Positions 9,901 to 19,908 of a stretch of DNA of 45,323 nt are shown here, piece by piece. Position 1 is the stretch's first letter. The number at the start of each line of letters is the position of its first letter. Both the position numbers and the translations under genes were made by a program. The notes under the pieces were generated by a model. The model saw only the letters and a program-made list of their open reading frames with translations. It did not search any database and was not told the DNA's origin. The DNA comes from Octopus bimaculoides (taxonomy: Eukaryota): the NCBI RefSeq assembly GCF_001194135.2, contig NC_068982.1, positions 5,979,634 to 6,024,956 on the forward strand. The letters are read 5' to 3'.

Positions 9901-10345
9901 AAGGCGGCGAGCTGGCAGAATCGTTAGCGCTGGACGAAATGCTTAGCGGTATTTCGTCTGGCGCTACGTTCTAAGTTCAAATTCCACCGAGGTCGACTTT
10001 GCCTCTTATCCTTTCGAGATCGATAAATTAAGTGCCAGTGGAACACTGGGGTCGATGTAATCGGCTAGTCCCCTCCCCACAAATTTCAGGCCTTGTGCCT
10101 AGAGTAGAAACGATTATTTGTTATGCGAAGCGAAGTAGAAAAGGGACAGAATCGTTAGAACATCGGGCAAAATGCTCAGCTGTATTTCGTCCGTCTCTAC
10201 GTACTAATTTCACCCAGGTCGGCTTTACCTCTCATCCTTTCAGGGTAGATAAAGTAAGTACCAGTTGAGCTCTGGGGTCGATGTAATCGACTTATTCTCT
10301 CCCATGAAGTTTCTGGCCTTGTACCGAAATTTGAGGTCATTGTTA
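9901..10345 (+). mobile_element. Two tandem SINE family A copies
   Basis: Units at about 9901-10118 and 10128-10345. Confidence 0.85.
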
Positions 10346-11232
10346 ATCATACGAAGAGCTTTGAATATAACTACGTCCAGAGAAGAGGTTGGATTTTTAT
10401 CGATGAGTACGTGTTTGTGTTCATAAAATATGGGTTCTTCCTCAAATGAGCAATTCCTTCTCAGGAGTGGTACCATTTCGCAATTCTTATTGTCCCACCT
10501 TTTTTTTTTTCAATTTTTTTCGTTTGTGTCTTTTTCTGTTTCTTCCGCCTACGTTTCGTCTCCATCCTCATTGACAAATGGAATTGGTATTGCTGGCAAA
10601 AGGTGTAATCCTGATTGTTTGACTCCGGGTAATGTTTTTGTTGCTATGGATGGATTCTCTTCTCTTCTCCGGTTGTGGCTAGAAGAGGGGAATTTTGGGT
10701 TCCATGATTCGCTCTTGCCAAAAATGTTGGGGCCATGTTTTTTGTCCGAGTTACGATTTGTGTTGGTGTCGCAATCTCCGTGTTTGGTATTGTTATTGTT
10801 TCTTTTATTTCTCAGGAGTTTCTGTGCAAAAAGCGCTTAAATTGCTTCTACAACAGCATGCAGAGCAGTTGCGCCATCTGCTGTGGAGGCTGAGTTTTAA
10901 GGCCTTCCTCTCAACACACTCTACAGAACATGGTTCCGCTATTGCTTTGTGGTCTTGCGGGATAATAAGGACGTATATACCCATGATGACCCCTATATGA
11001 TCGTCTATTGTATATCTACACTGAACACGCAAAAGTTGTGGTATGAAGTTCATTACTAACCAGGAGTCGACATCGTCTACGGTGTCCTTGGCGCTGACTC
11101 GTGATCCGCCATCCCAAATACTTTGGTATCAGTTTATGCGCAAATGTATCACGTAGAAAACGGATTGTGACTTGGTCTTGTCCATTTCTTAAAAGTAAAA
11201 CATACGATGTTATATGTCCTCCCTCTCCCAAT
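10345..11232 (-). pseudogene. Decayed L1/Tx1-like ORF1 (gag-like) homologous to 39757-40803
   Basis: LIPKYLGWRITR resembles LLPTYCGKRAAR. CSACCCRSNLSAFC is a CX2CX4(H>N)X4C knuckle, followed by a low-complexity tail. Frameshifted. Confidence 0.6.
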
Positions 11233-11254
11233 AAAGATTTTAATTAAAATATCT

Positions 11255-11450
11255 GCCGAGCAAAATGCTTGGTGGCATTTCGCCCGTCTTCACGTTCTGC
11301 GTTCAAATATCACCGAGGTCGACTTTGTCTTTCATCCATTAGGGAGCGATAAAATTAAGTACCAGTTGAGCATCTGGATCGATGTAATCGGCTTCTCCAC
11401 TTCCCCACGTCCTCGAATTTGCTAGCCTTGTACCAAAAGTTGAACCCAGT
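11255..11450 (+). mobile_element. SINE family A, 5'-truncated
   Basis: Family A core and tail. Confidence 0.85.
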
Positions 11451-11700
11451 TAAAATATCTGCTAGGGCCGTTTTTAAGTCTTCCATGGACGGAATCAAGA
11501 AAGCCCACGTGGACTTAGCAAATAACTCGTAAGTTACTCTCTTCCTATTTAGTGCACTTATGATCGATTGAGGCAATTTGATGCCTGTTATATGAACAAA
11601 ATATGGCCAAGCCTTCGTAAAATGTTCCATACCTACGATTTTGTACGAAAGAACGTTTGCTGCAAATAACGTTCTGTTATTCATATTTACGTTCAACGTC
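11450..11700 (-). pseudogene. Possible further ORF1-like (RRM region) fragment
   Basis: Open, non-repetitive frame SYKIVGMEHFTKAWP..IKLPQSII..RVTYELF..SMEDLKTALADILT. Only loose similarity by eye. Confidence 0.3.
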
Positions 11701-11899
11701 GTATATGCAATCATGCTGTTGTTGTTGTTGCTTCTACTCTCAATATTGTAATGAAACGTGATGTTTATGATGTGTTTTTCAGTCATTCGTTTATGCATTC
11801 ATTAATGTTTTTGGTTACATTTTGTCTTATTTCCTTTGTTGGTTATTTCTACGGAGTGGAACCGAAGAATGAAGCCATTTAAAACGAAAACATGCTTTG

Positions 11900-13170
11900 T
11901 TGTTTACGCCCAGGAAGGATTAGACCCTCCCCACACATACACAGGTCGCAAGTCATCCGAATCACTTAGGGGTACTGTGATAAGAACTTCCCTGTACTTT
12001 TCATTCTACGCACTAAGCTTAGAGTAGGTGCCCTCACTCGGGCCGTTCTTCCTACATTTACTTACTTCTCACAAGTTTACTGGATGGAGAGGACTCCGCT
12101 TCCACTGTCAGCCATCTTTCAGCGTGGAACTTGTAAAAAAAAATTATGAGGATTGATTGAAAAGGAATGTATATATCTTCGGTCCTTTCAGTTTCGACCA
12201 TTATGCAATCTCTTTTACAATAGCAAGCAAAGACTGCTTGCTTTTCCCGGTCAAAGGAAGGGTGGTGGAATGATCTTCGCGATAGAGTCGTCTGATAGCC
12301 GGGTTCATTCCATATATGGATGGCCTGGACCTATTCTCGTCAAGTGCTGAGCTGCAGGCTCACCGTCCTTTCCTAGTTAACGTTGGCTCTTGTCATTGCC
12401 CAATTTTCTCTTAAAGTATTGCCGATCACCTTGATGTTTCTGCTATCCGACACCAATTCAGTGACGTCGTCTGCATATATAAAAGTGAGTTTTCTGGGAT
12501 GGCTGGTTTTGATTCTGTTGTTGTAGGTGGATATCATTGTTGCTGATGCTGGTCTTAGGGTTGCCACTGTTACTGCCGTTCGTGCAACTACCAACGTTCT
12601 TACTCCCTTTGCTGCTGCTGCTGCTGTTACTGCTATACTTTGCAACTGTTGTCGAGGCTGTCGTGTCAGTTGTTGTGGAATTTTCTTTCCCATGTTTGTT
12701 ACAGAGGAAAGAAAACTTTGAGGTGATCTTCCGCACCACACAAGAGAAATCTTGGTCTGTTCTCGACTACAACATGCAACTCCACTACACTGTGTCTGTG
12801 AATAAGTTCTGGGATCTTTTCCACGCTCTTCGGTTTAATCTGGATGATCTCCACTGTGGTCCTAAACCAAAACTTCCTCTCCGTTCGCCTAACGCCGAGT
12901 GTCATTATCCCTACAAAAGCAACACATGCTAATAGCCTCCAGAAGTCCTGTCAGATGGAACTCTTTCTTACTCTAACTGATCCTTCTCCCTAAATATGTT
13001 CCTTGTGTGGTACTGGAACTATTAAATACCTTAGCGCAAGGATTTCGCTCTTCAATAGGACCTACATGCTCCTGAGCTGCCATCCCTTGGTCACATGATC
13101 TATATCTGCCCATATTTCTTTAAGAGCTCTCTACTACTGAACATGTGTTGCTGCTTTTGGGGATCAGATT
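11900..13170 (-). mobile_element. Internally deleted L1/Tx1-clade LINE: ORF1 remnant, RT YADD segment, ORF2 C-terminus, 3' UTR
   Basis: ORF1-like ALKEIWADIDHVTKGW, TYLGRRIS, LHVVVENRPRFLLCGAEDHLK. YADDVT at 12466-12477 followed by IGNTLRE..T.ANVN*ERTVSLQLS. Then LSDDSIAKIIPPP / SFDREKQAVF / LLAIVKEIA*WSKLKG. Confidence 0.7.
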
Positions 13171-13248
13171 TTAACTGAGTCGCCGTGACACACCACCATC
13201 TTTTGGGCGGTTGCTTCCAAAATTATTGATACTGCTGTTGTACTGATG

Positions 13249-13293
<45 letters not shown>

Positions 13294-13295
<2 letters not shown>

Positions 13296-13735
13296 TCTTT
13301 TACTCTTTTACTTGTTTCAGTCTTTTGACTGTGGCCATGCTGGAGCACCGCCTTTAGTCGAGCAAATCGACCCCAGGACTTATTCTTTAGAAGCCTAGTA
13401 CTTATTCTATCGGTTTCTTTTGCCGAACCGCTAAGTTACGGGGACAAAAACACACCAGCATCGGTTGTCAAGCGATGTTGGGGGGACAAACACAGACACA
13501 CAAACACATACACACATACATATATATATATATACATATATACGNNNNNNNNNNNNNNNNNNNNNNNNNNNNNNNNNNNNNNNNNNNNNNNNNNNNNNNN
13601 NNNNNNNNNNNNNNNNNNNNTGGTCGGCCCGAGGCTATAGTAGAAGACGCTTGCTCAAGATGCCACGCAGTGGGACTGAACCCGGGACCATGTGGTTGGT
13701 AAGCAAGCTACTTACTACACAGCCACTCCTACGCC
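13294..13735 (-). mobile_element. SINE family B, full length with an internal gap
   Basis: Head GGCGTAGGAGTGGCTGTG at 13735; tail runs into (TAA)n at 13249-13293. Confidence 0.9.
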
Positions 13736-13750
13736 TATGAAAGTGTTGGA

Positions 13751-13866
13751 TGCTTACAGCACCTAGGCTTCCCAATCGGTCACCCATCTAAGTACTCACT
13801 AGGCTCGACGTTGCTTAACTTCGGTGATCGGACGAGAACCGGTGCTCTCAGCGGGATATGGCCGTA
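13751..13866 (-). rRNA. 5S rRNA copy lacking the first ~3 nt (probably a dispersed pseudogene or SINE head)
   Basis: TACGGCCATATC..GGTTCTCGTCCGATCACCGAAGTTAAGCAACGTCGAGCC..GATGGGTGACC..GGTGCTGTAAGCA. Helices I (UACGGC/GCUGUA) and V (CCUAG/CUAGG) pair. Box A and C are recognisable. No T4 terminator. Confidence 0.9.
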
Positions 13867-14672
13867 TTATTATTATNNNNNNNNNNCGAGAACCGGTGCT
13901 CTCAGCGGGATATGGCCGTATTATTATTATTATTTTTTTTTTTTTTTTGCTGGTATTGTTGATGCTTGTGGTGTTAAAAATGTTGTCCTTACCATTGTTA
14001 TTACCAAGCTGCTATTGCCGTGGTTGGTATTGTTACTCTTGTTGTTGTTCACGCGCGAAGGCTCCTTCATGAGGTTGGTAATGGCATGAGATTTCCCTAC
14101 AACCGCCTCATTGAATCCAAGAATGGCACTAAGGACGCCAGGGTTCCAAACGAGAAAAACAGACTAAAACAAATGTATATGACATTCTTTAGGGAACAAT
14201 TTTTCAATTCCCCTTTTTACTCAGTAAAGTAATGGTCCTTATTCAAAGTTTTAATAGCAATTTACAGCAGTAAACAAATTATGCTCCACAAAATCCAACA
14301 AACCTTAACGTACGTCCAAATACAAACGATAGTATTAGTAGTAACTGTAGTAGTAGTAGTAGTAGTAGTAGTTTAAAATAAAGTTGTTCTACGAAAAATT
14401 CTCCAGGGACAAATTGGAAATTAACACTGAATTAACTAAGCATAAAGAATCTATTTATTATAGGAGTGTATCATATATCGATATTCTTGCTTTACCTTTC
14501 GCTGGAGCCATAGATGTAGTGATGTGAAGTGCGAGCAGCGGATGTTTGAAACAACTTGCAGACTCGGCCTAACTACACGCAAGAATCCATATTCCAAAAT
14601 AATTGTTTTGACAAAATACAGTGGGAAAAACGTGATATTTATGCCTTTTCTAAGGTTATATAACGGCATAGT

Positions 14673-14820
14673 GAGGGCGCCCTGACCTGGTGGTTAAGAT
14701 GTTGCACTCAAGATCGTGAGATTGTGGTTTCGATTCCCGGACCGGGCCGTGAGTTGAGTTCTTGAGCAAAACACTTCATCTCACGTTGCTCTGCGATCAC
14801 TTCGACATCTTACATGTTGC
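14673..14820 (+). mobile_element. tRNA-derived SINE head of a family-C-related subfamily
   Basis: TGGTGGTTAAG A-box, GGTTTCGATTCCC B-box, CTTGAGCAAAACACTT CORE-like segment. Confidence 0.7.
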
Positions 14821-15029
14821 ACCCAGTTGATTTGATGGAAGTAATGTTGATTTGATGGAAGTAGTAAGCTAATGTCCAGCACGAACATTTGACCATTGTA
14901 AACAAAACATTCGTGATGGTTGTTCAGCGGCAGAAACGAAGTAAAATTTCTAGAAATCAGAACTGAAACTGTGTGGCGCAGTTTTACTTTGGAAATAACT
15001 TATTCTTTCCTCTTCGCCAGCAGGCAATT

Positions 15030-15249
15030 TGATATTGGTTTAAATGCTTGCGCAGGGCCAGCAACTTCTGGAGAGGGGCTAAGTCGACTACATCGACCCT
15101 GGTTCTTAATTGGTACTTATTTTATCGACCCCGAAAGGATAAAAGGTAAAGTCCGCCTCGGTGGAATTTGAACTCAGAACGTGAAGACGGACGAAATGCC
15201 GCTAAGCATCTTGTCCTACGTGCTAACGATTCTGCCATCTCGTTGCCTT
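15030..15249 (-). mobile_element. SINE family A
   Basis: Full family A pattern in reverse. Confidence 0.85.
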
Positions 15250-15600
15250 ATGACAAGTTAATGTTTAGAACCCTAATTCATAAGGCAAGTTAATACTGAG
15301 AAGCTTGTTTCTCATGTAATGCATGTGAGATATGAGTTCTGGAAGATGAGAAAAGTCATGCCTAAAACGTGTATCAATTTCATAATTCTCTTGTGTTAAA
15401 CAACATGCTGGCGCTGAATGAGACGGCCCAAGATGAAAAGTAGGACTATCCAGTCTTTTTCTATTCGCGTAATCCCTACCCTACCTAATATACTCTATCT
15501 AATACATACATTATCAAATATATACATTATTAAGACGAGTGGTGGTGGGGGTCGCTTGAGGCTGTTTTCGTTACCATTCCTGGTTGACCTAGCGACCTGG

Positions 15601-16275
15601 TGCAACGTGTGGGTCGGGGAAAAACTTTATTAGTAACCAGAGGGAATTTCAAATGAATAAGTGTCTGTGGCTGTGTATCTCTGACGAGAAAAAAGAATTC
15701 GTCCGTCACGGAGGTGTTTTATTGGCTGGTCTGAAGTAGTGACTGACTGAGTTGATGAATGAAAATATATTTCTTGGATTGCCTGGAGAAGTAACTGACA
15801 ACACCCACAAACATTCAACAGAAGATGTTATTAATGTACGTAGAGCTTTAACTGTGCTGGGTTTTTTACACTAACTAATAATACTAATTTTATACTAACT
15901 AATAATAACATACTGGGAGAGACATGCTGTTCGGAGTTTGTGACAAGCTTACTGAGACACCTATGGGTGACCCATCATAACAGGAAACAACTGTGCTATA
16001 TTCGTGGCGACGAAAATTCCTGTCTATTATGTGCCGTCTGACTTAACTGGTTGGCTGTGGTAAGAATGGAGACACAACGTACACCTGCCTCAACTTCTGC
16101 AACTACCACCAAAATGGTCATTTTATAGGGCACAAGGAAAGGATTCTAGAAGACTGAATCACGCAACAGCTTGACGCTGATTGGCTGCTCAATAGACCGA
16201 CCACGTGAAACTACTGTAGTTTGATTGTGATGCATGACCGGTTACTTAACAGTTCGGTTTCAAATCACCGCTACA
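15601..16275 (-). mobile_element. Candidate solo LTR
   Basis: TGTAGCG...CGTTGCA ends, then CCAAT-like, CTATAAAA and AATAAA signals in order on the minus strand. No target-site duplication seen. Confidence 0.3.
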
Positions 16276-16667
16276 TATTTTACTTGGAAATTAAATTGAT
16301 ATTTTGGTCTTCAGGCTACCGTGGTATATTGTTACCATGGGACTTTAGAGACTTAGTCAGTAGCAGTTTTAAAATCTGAATGTGGATCGGTGGTTCGTCA
16401 CTTTTGATACAGAGCCCACCCACAACCTCTCTTGGACAGCATCAAATCCGAAGGAGCTGTTTATCTGTCAAAGAGTAAAAGTAAATCGTTTGATACACTA
16501 CTGAACTCCTTGAGAAATCCGTGATTTCATCCGCAGATACACGGTATTTCGTTATGCAACAACAATATACTATAAAGTATATCAAACGTTTTTATAAGTC
16601 AATACCACGTCCTGCTGTGTTAGCAGTGCGATTTTACATTACTTGTTTAGGTTGTCTCTACAGATAT

Positions 16668-16873
16668 TCTATAGAAATTATAGCCAGCACTGATCTTTTG
16701 TAACTACCTTTCGTATACGAGACATCAGTTGTAAACGAACAGGGAGATCGAAGATGAAAAATGGGTAATATGACATATACGCTTTGGAATGTGGGGCATA
16801 TACAGCCATTAACCAGTCCCGGATAGTAAACATCGTAACGAACAAAATCAAAGCTGGCAATAATTTCTATAGA
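16668..16873. repeat. Small MITE-like unit with 21-bp terminal inverted repeats
   Basis: TCTATAGAAATTATAGCCAGC versus GCTGGCAATAATTTCTATAGA, 20/21 match. Confidence 0.5.
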
Positions 16874-16963
16874 GATAACCTTAACAAGTAAATCTCCCAG
16901 CAAGGTTTATCTGTCTCGAGAAAAAAAAAGAGAGCATTCCATTGTTGCTCTTGTGGTTGTCAT

Positions 16964-16972
16964 TTCATCATT

Positions 16973-17029
<57 letters not shown>

Positions 17030-17061
17030 GACATCGACAACATCATTATCATCGTCTTCGT

Positions 17062-17095
<34 letters not shown>
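16964..17095. repeat. (CAT)n and (TAC)n microsatellites
   Basis: Direct reading. Confidence 0.9.
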
Positions 17096-17096
<1 letters not shown>

Positions 17097-17349
17097 ATTT
17101 TCTTGGCATTTATTTGTAAAGCCTAGGTCAGCTCTCATCGAGCATGTCGATGAACAAAAGCAGTTAAGCCCTGATCTCTACAGCGTTATTTAAGTTATAC
17201 TGTATCCAGGTCTACGTTATGGATTTTTTTCTGAAACGGCTGGGCACAATTTGAAGGAAATTTAAAAAATGCTCTAATGTTGTAGTTAAAGCACATAATT
17301 GCACATATATGCACTGACAGCGACTGCAATCGCCCGAAGACACCAGTCG

Positions 17350-17414
17350 CGACCTCCCCATACCGATCGGTCAGTTTCGACTCATTCCGTAGCCTCATCA
17401 GTAGGGACCGTTCG
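17350..17414 (-). ncRNA. Canonical type I hammerhead ribozyme
   Basis: RNA 5'-CGA ACGG UCCCUA CUGAUGA GGCU ACGGAAUG AGUC GAA ACUGA CCGA UCGGU A^UGGGGA GG UCG-3'. All core nucleotides are present. Helix I 6+3 bp with an internal loop, helix II 4 bp, helix III 5 bp. GUA triplet, predicted cut between 17361 and 17360. Confidence 0.85.
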
Positions 17415-17499
17415 ATTCCGTTGATTCCGAACTTAATTCTCAATGATGAATACTTGTATACTGACGAAGAATTAATTCAGGAATCAGTCGAATCCATGA

Positions 17500-17798
17500 T
17501 AATAATATCATAACTTTACCAATATATATATATTCGTAGCCACTTTAACATGGCTGTCCGTTCGAGCGGACACTACTGCGATTTTTTTTTTAACCCCGAG
17601 AGGACATCTCTAGCTGGTTAACGATGCACAGCACCCCTGCTCGTAATTTTATCGGATGCAGGTGTGCATCGTTAACCAGGTAGAAGAGATGTCCTCTTGG
17701 GGTTAAAAAAAATCGCAGTAGTGTCCGCTCGAACGGACAGCCATGTCAAAGTGACTACAAATATATATATATATATTGGTAAAGTTATGATATTATTA
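17500..17798. mobile_element. Hairpin (foldback) MITE
   Basis: Arms of about 135 bp nearly identical in inverted orientation, loop about 25 bp, TA at both ends. Confidence 0.75.
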
Positions 17799-18430
17799 AA
17801 GGGACCTTTTCTCAGATAAAACACTTTTGTATGAGACTTACATTTTACAATCTATGACTTGCATTCTTTTATATTAACAACATCAAAGAATCCCAAACAG
17901 CTTTTTAAGTCAGATTGTGCTTTTTCTCCTGCAAGCGCTTTCTGTTCTGACAAGGTTACTGCTTTGATGTATCTCATTACAAGCTGTGATTCCTTTTGGA
18001 GGCGTTACAGATTCAGATTGGTTTGTCAGACAATTTTATGCCATCAACTGAAATAAATCTGAGCTATATTTCTGCTCGTGTTACGGAATCCAAGTAAGTT
18101 GATATTTCTTATTGCAAATAGTAAATCAATTTGAAACCGCAAATGGGTTACTGCAAGCTGTTATGCCATCAATGTTATGTGATAAACAGAACTATTTAAA
18201 TGGTTTTTCAGTTTAGAAAGTATATATGTGTGGTAAATGTAAATAAACTTTATTCTGTTTGAACCTGAAGTCAGCACGATCTCTAGATATTAAAACTTCA
18301 TGGTCTCAAGATACAAAAGGAAAATACGATATTCATGTATTTTCTAAAGTCATTAGCAGTGTAAATTATATAAAGTGACATTAACTGAGATCTGAAACTG
18401 CGGCGCGGTATCATTTTGATAATACTTTAA
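17796..18430. mobile_element. Unclassified TTAA-bounded segment (Kolobok-like ends, tentative)
   Basis: TTAA|AGGGAC ... ATACT|TTAA. Only the terminal AG/CT is complementary. Confidence 0.25.
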
Positions 18431-18710
18431 TTCTTTCTCAATGAAAATTATTAGTGGAAAGGATTTCCTTGGCCTACACGTATAAATTATATATTAGAGG
18501 ACGGAAAATTGTTTTATTTGATGCTCATACCTTTTTTCCAACGAATATAAGCGACGTTTGTGAAATAAATTGCTTCCACTGGGAAGTTCACAGAAAGTTT
18601 TCGCAACTGTGGACTGTCATTTCAAGTAGCATACAGTATATTCTTTGGTATATTTCGATTCCAAGATTTAATTTTGCTGAAGTCGATACTACTTTTCCCT
18701 CTCAGAATCG

Positions 18711-19088
18711 TGACGCTCCGTCGCTTACGACGACGAGGGTTCCAGTTGATCCGATCAACGGAACAGCCTGCTCGTGAAATTAACGTGCAAGCGGTTGCCC
18801 ACTCCACAGACACGTGTACCCTTAACGTAGTTCTCGAGGAGATTAAGCGTGACACAAAGTGTGACAAGGCTGGCCCCTTTGAAACGCAGGTGCAACAGAA
18901 ACAGGAAGAAAGAGTGAGAAAAAGTTGTGGTGGAAAAGTACAGTAGGGTTCGCCCCTTCCCCTGTCGGAGTCTTGTGAAGATTTAGGTGTTTTTGCTCAA
19001 TAAACACCCATAACGACCGGTCTGGGAATCGAAACCACGATCCTACAACCGCGAGTCCGCTGCCCTAACTACTGGTCCACTGCGCCTC
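18711..19088 (-). mobile_element. SINE family C, full length
   Basis: Reverse complement of 33200-33571. Confidence 0.9.
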
Positions 19089-19169
19089 CTCATCTCAGAG
19101 TAAAGTTAATAGTTAGTGAGAGGCTGAACCAATGTCATAAATGTATTTTATGAGGCAAATGTATTTTAT

Positions 19170-19333
19170 GATTAGATCGACCTCAGTACGCAACTGGTGC
19201 TTAATTTATCGACCCCGAAAGGATGAAAGATAAAGTCGACCTCGGTGGAATTTGAACTCAGAACGTAAAGACAGACGAAATATCGCTAAGCATTTCGTCC
19301 GGAGTGCTAACTTTTCTGCCAGCTCGCCGCCTT
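19170..19333 (-). mobile_element. SINE family A, 3'-truncated
   Basis: Head and core in reverse. Confidence 0.85.
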
Positions 19334-19680
19334 ACGCCCCGATAATTTCATTAAAAATATTCAGAAGTAAGCGCTGCGACATTAGTTGTCTTTGCGTAAC
19401 CCCACCCCGCCCAATGCTTTTTCAGTAACTTTTGGCTGTTTTGGCATTTCCGTCATATCAGATAGCCGTCTCCTACAGAACAAATGATTTGATTGTTTGT
19501 AACTTTTGGGCTAATATGTTACTTGTTAGCTGAATATATTTTTTTCTTCTTGTGGGACTGCAAGTTGTTACTAAACGCGGATTTTCTTTTTACAAGGAAG
19601 TTGAATTAATTTCAAGAATCTAGATAAACACGAAAGACTAGTTTGACCAATTTTTGTTCTTATTATATGTAATGGCTTAA

Positions 19681-19900
19681 AAGGGCGGCGAGCTGGCGGA
19701 ATTTTTAGCATGCCAGACGAAATGCTGCCAAGTATGTCATCCGTTTTTCCTTTCTGAGTTCATATTCCGTTGAGTTTGGTTTTGGTTTTCATCCGTTCGA
19801 GGTGGATAAATTTAATACCAGTTGAGCAATGGGGTCGATCAAATCGTCCTACTTCCTCTCCCAAAAGAGCTGGCCTTGTGCCAAAATTTGAAACCAATAT
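19681..19900 (+). mobile_element. SINE family A
   Basis: Full family A pattern. Confidence 0.85.
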
Positions 19901-19908
19901 ATGTTATG

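Noticed and set aside
13887-13920. Second partial 5S copy
   Set aside because: Exact repeat of 13833-13866 across a 10-N gap; most likely an unmerged contig overlap.
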